A program made the translations under genes and the position numbers. A stretch of DNA of 32,000 nt from Wallemia ichthyophaga EXF-994. Its lineage: Eukaryota > Fungi > Basidiomycota. The notes under the pieces are model-generated. The model saw only the letters and a program-made list of their open reading frames with translations. It made no database searches and was not told the DNA's origin. Location of the stretch: positions 1 through 32,000 of the forward strand of contig NW_008806280.1 in NCBI RefSeq assembly GCF_000400465.1. The letters run 5' to 3'. Below, in pieces: positions 11,557 through 25,172 of the stretch. Every line of letters begins with the position of its first letter. Positions within the stretch are counted from its first letter, which is position 1.

Positions 11557-13138
11557 TCACCAGCCGCCTACATATCCACCATTCTGTCTCCATTCACGTT
11601 CCCACTTGGCAGTTCTCCATCCATGGTAAGCCGGATCAGGGCCGATTCTCATTAGATCCTCCATCCAAATTTCGTAACTGTTTTTTACGCTGCCGAGGAG
11701 ATTGAAGCATTTACCTGTGATTATTATTAAAAGTGCATCTCACAAACACTCTCCACCCACCTCTAGGACCATCGTAAATCTCAACAGGCGAACCAGAAAG
11801 TGGTTTTAATGCTAATGCCTTGTTCGACTTCTTGACACTGGCAAAGACCTGACTTGCTGTCGTATGATCCACGTTAGCACCCTTGAGAAGTTGAGCATGT
11901 GCGAACACAGGTTTTGGTTCTAAGGTGTTGAGATCGAATTGTATCTTACTGTGACCACAAAATCTGATACTACTGTCGCGTGAGATGGGTGTTGGTGCTC
12001 CTCCTGCTGCTACCCAGTTTGGAGCATGCACGTATGGGATTCTGAGTAAGTGGAACGCATATCTGAACGTATCTTTGTCACCACCCGCCAACTTGAACCA
12101 ATACTTGTGGTTATCAGCCATCAATGCTGCTATGTGTAGAGCAGCTAGGTTCATTCCATCGTTACCAGCCTTGTCAAACATAATTTGACCTGTCTAGTGT
12201 TAGCAGCGCGCAGCAGGCTTACATTCCAACCCACCTGAATCAATTCTCCACTCATCAGACTGACAAGAAATACCTAGAATCCTCCAGATAGGATTGGCTG
12301 GATGGTCCTTCTGGAAATCAGGCCAGAATGTGACTCTTGGAGATGATGGGTCTGCATACATGGGGTCATCGAATAGGAAGTCAGGGTTTCGGATAGGAAT
12401 GTTATCGCTGTCCATGTAAAGCACCTCTCTGAACGACGAGTCTCTAATAGCATGCGCTTTAATTTGATAGTTGTGTTGGTCGTCGCTCATCAAGTCTTTC
12501 GATACACCCTGTACATATCTGACAGTAGCGTTGAGGGAGGCATACGTCTGATTTAACTCGGAAGACAAATGCTCATCACGATACTGAAATATTTCAGCCG
12601 GCCAAGTAAAGTTCATGCTTCTGAGCATTTTGAGGGACGTGATAGCTCGTTCATGTGTGTCTTTGTTACCGGCTGTGATCACGAGACCTTTCGTGGTTTC
12701 ATTGTGTCTCAAACCGGCCTTATCGAAATTGAAGACAGCGTCTTCTCCGAGAGACTCTAAGTGATGAATAATTTCACTTCTAATCTTTATTATCTCCTTT
12801 GGTGTTATTTGCTCCCAATTGCCTAATTCCTCTCTGAGCTGCTGCGTATCGCCGACTGCTTCATGCGTCTTTGGCAAGCAAATAGCGGAATTGATGTGAT
12901 AAGCTTCGGAATGGTTGAGCGCAGGCTGGTCAAGAATGTCCGCAAGCCTTGAGCTGAGCTGATCTGGGAGATCTGGGAGGGTGATTGGATAGTTGTAGAT
13001 ATCTGGCCGGTGCGTGAATGTAGAGCGAAGGTGGGAGAGATCCGGTGCGTGGATTTGCGAGTGTCTCGTCAGCAGCATGAGAAGGCTGAACAGAGAGAAT
13101 ACAAGCGTTAGAATCAGAATTCCCTTTCTGCTGATCAT
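11557..13138 (-). CDS. Alpha-mannosyltransferase, GT71 (Mnn2/Mnn5-like), type II membrane protein, 3 exons
   Basis: N-terminal signal-anchor, YMDSDN (DxD), FWPDF, IDSGQ and GDKDTFRYAF; introns 12190-12234 and 11715-11760. Confidence 0.88.
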
Positions 13139-13761
13139 CGTCGTGCTGGTGTAACCACGTATTATCAGCCGCAGTATCTGGGCGTGCGCTCGACGGCTAA
13201 AAATGTATCCAATTGCTTGAAATGTATTTAAAGCATCAGACTTGAAAAATCCAAGCTGTCTCTATCGTTATTTCTATTGCTCTTCCCCACTAGCTGCATT
13301 GGTTCACAGTAGATTTTTCAAGGGTAAAGTTGGATTCTACCTGGGTTATTTGATTTCCCTTGCCGTCTTTCTTTGATTTCCGCGCTCTGCCAAGGCACAT
13401 CGGAACATCTGCAATTCTAGGTACGCTAGTGCGGATGGTTGAATAACCGAGATTTCATTGGCTAGGGGTGCAACAATAGCAATGTCTTAAGCTAATCGTA
13501 GTTTGTTGGAGTTTCTTATCTTATCTGTTCAGCCGAGATAACATTAGCTGCATTTACCGCGCTCATTCTCTGAGCAACTCGCACTCGCTTTCCTACGACA
13601 CACACGCTTTTTATTTTTTTTTGCATAGCAGCTACAGTTATATGTTGTTCAAAATCTAACGATATGCTTTATACAAAATTCTGCACTCAAACTTTATAAA
13701 ATTACGCCAACGTCATCATAATCTTCCCCCTTAACACCACACTGCCAAGAAGCCACTGAGA

Positions 13762-14781
13762 ATGCCACAAAGAACTCTCAAGATTTGTTTCCTGAAGGCA
13801 GATACACTACCTTACGAAGCGATAAAGCATCATGGAGAGTACGAAGAAGTATTGTCACAACTTATTAAACCACTCTGCCAAAGCTCTTCTAGCGATATTG
13901 ACCTACAAATATCGAAATACGACGTAATAGAGAGGCAGTATCCTAAAGACATTCACACTTACGACGCAATCATCATTTCTGGTTCATTTGCCGATAGTAG
14001 CATTGATGATAAGAGTGAGTTAGACTGTTGGCTGATGTATCAGCAATCTAACAACTAGATAGTGTGGGTTCTCCGTCTTTGTGGCTTCTTGATCATGTTG
14101 CACGATGAATATCCCCATATTCGCCAAATAGGTATCTGTTTCGTACGTCTAACCGAATTCTTGGAAATAACTCTCCCCTTACACACCCACTCGCTTTCAG
14201 GGCATGCAAATTCTCGCCCGCGCTTTCGGTCCTAGCAAGATAATCGCCAATACTAAAGGCTGGGAAGTAGGTTCCACAGAGTTGAAGCTCACGGAAGGTG
14301 GAAAGGAGCTCCTCAATCCAGATGAAAAAGATGAGAACAGAAAGGATGTCATCAGATTGCAGCAAATTCATCAGGATTGCGTTGCAGAGATGCCCAGTCA
14401 GTTTGAGTTGCTCGCTAGCTCCGAAATCACGCGCATTCAAGCTTTAGCCAAGTATTACGACGATGGTAAGGCTAGAGGGTTCACAAACGCCCCAGATGTA
14501 GTACCAGGTGGCAAACACGGTCAGGTGCAGATTATTGGGTATGTGCGCTGTTTTGCTGGTTAAAACTTGGCAACTGCTGATCATTCTAACACAATCATAG
14601 TCTACAAGGCCATCCTGAATGGTCCAGTGGCATCATTTTGTCGCTCATCAAGGAATACGAACGTGAAGGTATCTTCTCGTCAGAGTATGCGGCCAAAGTT
14701 AGTGAAATCGCTCAACAACCAACTGATGCTATGCATGTTGGTAGATCAATCATGAAAGTGTTGGGTGTGGATACAAAGTGA
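13762..14781 (+). CDS. Class I glutamine amidotransferase-like protein (GATase1_1 / YLR126C-like), 4 exons
   Basis: IIISGS, nucleophile elbow GICFGMQ, GWEVG, HQD and QGHPE (Cys-His-Glu triad), all restored by three GT-AG introns. Confidence 0.88.
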
Positions 14782-14866
14782 GACATTCAATCAGCCATTT
14801 TATTTATCGCATATCAATCAAGTTATGATACTAATCAATGCATAATAATACAACTGTACAACTCAA

Positions 14867-16818
<1,952 letters not shown>

Positions 16819-16885
16819 GGCTGCTTGGAGTTAAGAGAAGCACCTTAATCTATAACGACCACTACTGCCAACTGCGATTATTGGA

Positions 16886-17609
16886 ATGGAAAACAAATTG
16901 TAAGAATTGCTTTGGAATTTCAAGCAATTTATTAAAATTAATAGGAAATCACTTAAAGTTGGTGATCTTAAAGTGGGATTGGATTTTAATAGGAAGACAC
17001 TAGTAACTGATACTAGGAATTATCCAGGACATCTTGCAGAAATCTAATCTGTCTGTCTCTGGTAAGAAGGAGGAACTTATACAGAGAATCCTTCAAAATC
17101 AATCTACTCAGCCTATGGAGGACAACGTTGAGCAGAGTAAAGGGGATCACCAGTCTGAGCAGCCTGAACATCCTCAACAGCCTGAGCAGCCTCAGCAGCC
17201 TGAGAATAATGTTGAAAACAATCCTACACAACCACACAATCCGGATAATTCAAACGATTCAGATGCTCAATTGGATAGAAAGAAGGCACGCGCTGAGAGG
17301 TTCGGGCAAAGCACCCAGCAATTCGAAAAGGAGCAATTGAATGTTCGTTGCTCTCTTGTATCGTCTACCTCTTCCACTCACACCTTTACAGCTCCAGGAA
17401 CAAGCTAAAAAGGACGCCAGAGCTGCCAGGTTTGGCGTAAGTACCCAGCCAAAGACCAAGAATGAGCCAAAGTTAAGTCAAGAAGATGAGGAATTGAAGA
17501 AGAAGAGAGAAGCAAAGTTTGGACCAGTTGAGGTGGGTGATTACTATCACATTGATAGCACATTAAAACACGATAGAAATCTACCACCAACAAGAAGCAG
17601 AAGATATAA
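16886..17609 (+). CDS. THO1: SAP-domain mRNP protein Tho1/SARNP(CIP29)-like, 5 exons
   Basis: Two micro-exons (16886-16899, 16945-16972) rebuild the SAP domain LKSLKVGDLKDILQKSNLSVSGKKEELIQRI; three R/KxxR/KFG motifs follow. Confidence 0.85.
17154..17207 (+). repeat. Coding minisatellite, about six 9-bp units (CCTSARCAG-like) encoding (P-E/Q-Q)n
   Basis: tctgagcag cctgaacat cctcaacag cctgagcag cctcagcag cctgagaat in the THO1 linker. Confidence 0.8.
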
Positions 17610-17631
17610 ACACGGTTTTTAAGACCTACAT

Positions 17632-18072
17632 TCACAATACTCCCCCCATGAATTGTACTAACCGCTTTTCTAATTCCAACATAACGACGTCAGAATTTGG
17701 ATCTCTGTTCTGTGATGAAGGTATAAGGCTGCTTGTGAGATCAAGACTGACGTAGACTTGTACTTTGTATTTCGTGGCTTTGAGTGGTTTGAGTGGGGGG
17801 GGGGGGCTTTACAAACAAGCCGACCCACCTAATCGCCTGCTTATCGACGCAGCCATATCGTTAAGATTACTCCATCTAAGGACATTTGTGGATACGCAAG
17901 GAATGTGTTGATTCGCTGGCGTCGCTACTGCCCAATCTTTGCCCAGATTAACAGAAATTGCATCGCCAGGTAGAGAAGCGTTGCACCAAATCATCAAACA
18001 TCTTTCTAAAGTGGTGAGCTTGTAATTGACCGTGTAATCCTCGATTTGTGTCGTTGTCGTTGCGTTTTTCAT
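17632..18072 (-). CDS. POC4: Proteasome assembly chaperone 4 (PAC4/Poc4/PSMG4 family), 2 exons
   Basis: LMIWC..LGKDWAVATP..STNVL..MAASISRRL|ATKYKVQVYVSLDL matches the PAC4 pattern as I recall it (LWVG..LAVAM..LAQRLARK..QVFVS). Intron 17778-17828 restores the frame. Confidence 0.78.
17795..17806 (+). repeat. G12 homopolymer (C12 in the PAC4 intron)
   Basis: Directly visible run of 12 G. Confidence 0.9.
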
Positions 18073-18103
18073 CCCCTTTTGGCTGAGAACATTCAAGGGT
18101 AAT

Positions 18104-18714
18104 ATGTCAGATAAGCCATCAAAGAAAGAGTTCTCCAGGGATAAGGGCACAACGCACCTCCCAATAGCGCGTGTCCAAAAGATTATAAAGGCTGAGTGGG
18201 TGTGCTCTGCTTGCTGCCGGCCCAGTTGATTTCTTTTAAAGCAAGGAAATGGAGAATTGCGCGAAAGAAGCTACCTATTTGATAGCTGTGGCTACTGTGG
18301 GTGGTTTACTTGATGGCGTTTCACCCTAACAAAACAAGGAATACTTCATCAAATATCTCACAGATGCTGGATACATACAAGCAACGCTGGATAAGCGCAA
18401 CACGATTCAATACAGAGATCTAGGTTGGTGGCATTCTCTCACTTCAGCTCATCTCTCACTCCCCTCCAGCCAACGCGGTTGATAAGAGCGAAGAATTAGA
18501 ATTCTTGAAAGAAATCGTGCCTTCGAAACTTACAATGCAGAAAGCTTTGGATCTTCAGCAGAGAAAGCAGAAAGGTGAAGATACTGACGCGCATTCTACA
18601 CAAGATGACGCCATCTTATTCGAACCTCCACACAAGAATAAAAAGAAAACACACGCCCAAGCTGACAAGCTAGCCAAAGATCAAAGTAGCCATGATATAT
18701 CGATGGAGGAATAA
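18104..18714 (+). CDS. DPB3: Histone-fold protein, DNA polymerase epsilon subunit Dpb3/POLE4 (CHRAC1-like), 4 exons
   Basis: Spliced product LPIARVQKIIKADKEM..AKEATYLIAVATEYFIKYL..KRNTIQYRDLANAV..EFLKEIVP is an H2A-like histone fold. Dpb3 vs Dls1/CHRAC1 orthology is not resolved. Confidence 0.8.
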
Positions 18715-18950
18715 CGTGTCAAGTCTTAGGACCTAAAATTTTCCTCCATTTGAATGCGAAAGAATGAAATAATAAAATGCCTTTGTAAGCGATATGGGGA
18801 TGCTAGGAAGGCTTTTATGATAAGTTTTGCACACATTCCCTATATATGTCTGTCAAATTCACGCGAGCCGAGGAATGGCGTGCTAAAATGAGGAAGAAAA
18901 CCGCGCGTTTTGATGTCTGACAAATGAAAGTCAAGCCACGGTAGGCAAAA

Positions 18951-21055
18951 ATGAAACATTTGTACACTATATTTGCTACGCTACTCAGTCTGTTAACGAT
19001 AACCAAAACACAATCACTAGGCTGGAAGTTGCAGCATGATTTACAGGGGCCGATACAACAGCCTATGCGACCAGAAGGAGATGGAAGGGGTGGTAATACG
19101 CGATACATTACTCTCAACATAACAGATGAGTTAGCTTCCCTCGATGGCGACGACGAGCGCTACGTGTATGCAGTCAACGGACGCGCATTCAATGGCGGTG
19201 AAGCTATCTTCTTAGAAGAGGATGAGGAGGTGGAAATTGAGCTAAACAATAACAGCAAGGAACTCAACACAAGTACCACGTTGCATGCTCATGGTATCGA
19301 GCAGATTGGCAGTGTTTATAATGACGGTGTTCCAGGTGTAAGTCTGGTGCATAAAATAAAGATGTTTCAGTTAACAAATCCCTCAAAGGTCTCTCAAAAT
19401 GTCATCAAGCCAGGTGAAAGCTTTATTTATAGATGGAGAGCAGCACAATATGGTCTTTACTGGCTTCATTCTCATTTTTCGGGCATCTATCAAGATGGCC
19501 AAGTGATTCCACTCTACATCAGGCCCAAACAGCGCAAGAATCCATTCTCAATCATCTCCGACGACCAAGACGGCGTTAGGGCATTGGAGCGCCACGACCA
19601 AAATCCAACCATCATTACCATCACAGACTACACGCAGTTGACGATTTGGGAGCAGCTCGAGAAAGCAGAAGAGTGGCAAAGTGAGCTGTTATGTGCCAAC
19701 AGTCTGCTCATCAATGGCCAGGGCAGGGTGAACTGCCCCACATCGGAACATCTCTCCGAATGGACAGATAGCAACACAACGACAGCGAAAGGTTGTATAG
19801 ACAGAGGCTCGCAGCCAGGCTATGAGAATGTTACATTCGATAAGGATCTCTGGTACACATGCACACCTACCGATGTACCTCTCCAGACGTTTGAATTCGA
19901 TTATGAGAGTGGATGGGGAGTAATTCATTTCCTCAGTGCGAGTGGACACTGGAATTATCTCGTATCGATAGATGAGCACGAACTGAATTTCTTCGCCGCT
20001 GATGGTAACTACGCGAAACCAGTCAAAGGAGAAGCATTCTCGATAGGGATCGGGGAGCGTATAGGAGTGGCTTTCCGTCTGCACACGCCAGGCGAGTACA
20101 CGCTGCGCATCTCAGCCTACAACGAGCCGCAGGTGAGTGTGATAACAGCACCATCAGCAACTACTAACCCAGTTGCACAGGTAATCGGTCAATTCGCCAT
20201 CATAAGGTATGGATTGGCTGATGATGATGATAGGGTGGAATACAGTGACCCGGCTTCGGAAAATGATCCAGGGATGCCGTCCATACCACTGTCGGAACCA
20301 TTTATCAACTACGCTGGTCAGCCTGTATCGGGTGATATACGAGTTCTGAATGATTCACTCATCTCATTGAAACAGTTTGCTCCCCCACTTATCCCCAAGC
20401 GCGGGGAAGCGGCGGATGTGACGTTGCATTACTCACTCAGTAACGCCAACTTCCTCAAATGGTCCATGAGCGAGTGGGGCACTGTGGAGTACTATGCCGC
20501 CAGCAACGAGCTCAATAAGCCACCGGTACTGTATGATTTCGAGCAATACATCGGTGATGAGTCTATAGCGTCGTATCCGAATGGCAGTGTGGTTGATGTA
20601 ATAATCACAAATGGTGCAGATTATGGCGATAGACAACCTGCGCACCCTATCCACAAGCATTTCGAACATTATCACGTCCTCGCGGCTGGAACAGGTAATT
20701 TCAGTTACTGGGATGTAGTTGAAGCTGAGGATAATGGAGTGCAAGTTAACTGGCTCGATCCACCTTATAGAGACACTGTGCTGATTCCAGAAAGTACAAT
20801 TGATGAGGGCAGCTATCTCATCTTTAGATACGAGAGCGTGCAACCTACAGCGTGAGTTCGGGTGTAGGATGTGATCAATATTTTTAACTAAACAATAGCG
20901 CACTGTTGCACTGCCATGTTAACATGCACAATATTGGTGGTATGGCTTATGTACTCATCGCTACAGATGAGGGCGGCACACCTGCAATGCCTGAGTACTA
21001 CAGCGTCAAGGCGCTTAATAAAGATCTCAACACGGTGAATAGCGAGCTGTCGTAA
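18951..21055 (+). CDS. Secreted multicopper oxidase (AA1, laccase-like), 4 exons
   Basis: Signal peptide; L1 HAHG, L2 WLHSH, L3 HPIHKH, L4 HCHVNMHNIGGM (all 10 His plus Cys, axial Met). L4 is recovered only after the intron starting at about 20852. No C-terminal TM helix. Confidence 0.93.
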
Positions 21056-21909
21056 GGTTTTGACAATTGTAATAAAATCCATTTGAAAATGAAAAGAATC
21101 AAATGCTATTGTCAATGCCAAAGACATGCATATAGGAAATGTCTCAATTTACATCGATTTTTGCAGAAATAACGAGAATGCAATAATGATGCGAAAGCGC
21201 TTAGATATACTGATATTAGACAGCTTTAGCAATGAAAATGATTACCACAAGGTTCAATCACCGTTCGCAACTGAATCACAACTGAATCATCATTCATAAA
21301 TCTCAACTTGTGAATACAAAAACGGCGTAATAAATTAATAATAAAGCACAGTCACACTTCACGCTTACAATTTAACCTCAGCCGCTCTCTGCAATTTATA
21401 ACCGATGCGACTGCGGGACGCCGAACGGCCAATGGGAAAAACAAACGGGCATTAAAAATGCGAATGTATTGTACATGTGTCACAGCAGCCGAGAAATATC
21501 GTTTTAAAAGATAAGATAAATGATTTTATACAACTATGTAAACAAGTCAAAAACAAAGGCTATTAAACAAAAGAGATTAAACATAGAAGACAAGAATGGT
21601 AGTATAAGAATCCCTAAAGCTTTGATTCTTTGGTGTGATTATGTTGAGCTGTAGTAGAGTATCGTGTTTGATGTATCGAGTCTTGTGTTTTGTTATCCAA
21701 AATAATGTACAGATTATCTGTCTACCAAGAATGAAGGAAAGAAAGACGAGAATAGGGAAATAAAAGATACGGAGAAGGCTTTCGCTATAACGTTGGATTC
21801 TGTATATCTTTAGAATGACTAGAAATGTGTAAGAAAATCGCGATGAGTCATTTTGATCCTTGTTGTTGAGGGTGAGAGTGTGTTGGCCTCATCAATTCAA
21901 TCCGTGCAC

Positions 21910-23493
21910 CTAGCAATGAACGTAGCTGTCTACCTCATTTGCCTCTTTAGGATCGAGTGTGTAATCAACAAAGTCAGTGATAGCGCTATGGCCAAAGTCG
22001 TGCGTATGGGGATGAGTATGAGCGTTGACTAAGTTATTACCATGTGAACCACTTCCAACACCGACACTAAAGTCATTGCTGTTGCTAAAATCGTTACCAT
22101 TTTGAGCGCCTCCACTGACACCGAAATCTTCGAAAGTGTGGATGAAATCGGATGCGCATGATGATCTTCTAACTTGATCATTGTAGCCGCTATACATATC
22201 ATACGGTACCATACCACCATAAGTCGTTGTTGCGCTTGTAGATACCTCAGAGTCCCTCCTGCAGTTATCGAACAAGCTGCTGTTATCGAAGTTACTCGAC
22301 ATAACAGATTGTCGACGATCGGCATCAGATTGATCGTCAAAGTAGGAAGAAGATTCTCTCCAGAAAGTGTCTGAAGTCGCTAGAGCATGGGAGAGAGAAT
22401 TTGAAGAAGATGATTGAAAAATATTGTGCTGTTGCTGATTTTCCATTTGTGATGGAGTCGTGTTGGTCGTTGGACTGGAAGGGTCGCTCGAGTTAAGTTG
22501 AGCGTCTGCAGTGTGGAGTACTAATCCATGCGTAGAAAGAGGTGCTTCTGTAGGTGAAAGGGGGAATGGCGAGTTTGGAGATTCTTCTGTGCAAGTTGGG
22601 AGTTTAGACTTGGATGCAGATTGACGTAGTGACTGATTTGAGCGACGTGTTTGGAAATTTGGAAGTGATGCTCGCCTGACGGGGCCGATGTTGCCGGGAT
22701 TTGTAAGAGCGGAGAGGGAATAGCCGAGGGAGTGAGACTGAGGGATAGACAAACCTAAGCCGTTTGTAGGCGCGTGGGTTGGCTGTACAGGTTGTGTTAT
22801 GGGAGCAGATCCCCTTCTAAACTGCGTATTGTTAGGGTTACTGAGTGGATCCAAGTTAAAGTGAGTATCAAAGAATGGATTAGATATCAGGCTTGTTGGC
22901 GATAGACTTGTAGATGGCGGTATTAAGCTTGAGGATGCAGGACTTGGAAGGGGCGATGGATAGAGAAGATTTTGACTTGGCTGAGGGTCAATTTGAAGGG
23001 AATTGTTGGTTGGTGCGGGCGTTAGCGTTGGTGCAGGTGTAGAATCACTGTCACTGTGTGCCTGTGCCTGTTGCTGCTGTGGCTGTGGTTGTACCTCGAA
23101 ATCGTCATTGACCTGCTTCTTGGCCTGGGCTTTGGCCTTTGCCCTTCTATTCTGAAACCAGATCTGAACGCCCCTTGGAGTCATTTCAAGTTGCTCTGCC
23201 AAGGATTTCCTAATTAAGGCTGCTGGCTTTGGATTCGTCTGGTAAGTTTCCTCGAGGACCTGGGGGTTATTTTAGCAGAGAATTTCACAGCCACAGAGCC
23301 AGCTATCACGTACATTAAACTGATGCTTCGACGTCCTCTTCCTGTGCTTAACCTCGAATGGCTGATATTGGAGCAATTGCGTCTGTAGCTGCTGCTGCGA
23401 GGGCTTGCTATCGCTATCGTCCTGGCCCACAGCATGCTGAGTTGCCTGATAGCTACTTGGGTGGAATAACTGTACTGGCTTATAATTCATCAT
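21910..23493 (-). CDS. Homeodomain transcription factor (non-mating-type, Hom2-like), 2 exons; 3' end uncertain
   Basis: Spliced homeodomain VKHRKRTSKHQFNVLEETY..LEMTPRGVQIWFQNRRAKAK followed by a long Ser/Pro/Gln-rich tail with five RRxS motifs. Confidence 0.88.
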
Positions 23494-23710
23494 TCTATCT
23501 CTGGTCACTCTTCACCGATTTCAGTAAACCCGATTCGATACTGAAATTCCGGTAAGAAAAATTAAATAAAATATAAAAAGCTTTTTGGTTATTTGGTTTA
23601 GCTTACATGAATTTATAAACCCCAATTAGTCCCTTAACACTCTCAGTTCACTCCCCCCACACACCTTCCTAATTCATTTCATTTTCCTACAAGAAAATCT
23701 TCATCCAGCT

Positions 23711-25167
<1,457 letters not shown>

Positions 25168-25172
25168 CGTCA

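Noticed and set aside
14056-14062. Tandem acceptors TAG/ATAG in amidotransferase intron 1
   Set aside because: The proximal AG is only about 6 nt from the branch A and would frameshift; the distal AG gives the conserved protein, and nothing indicates regulated use.
21840-21847. PAC-like motif GCGATGAG
   Set aside because: It lies 3' of the homeobox gene rather than upstream of a ribosome-biogenesis gene; RRS1 has only a mismatched copy.
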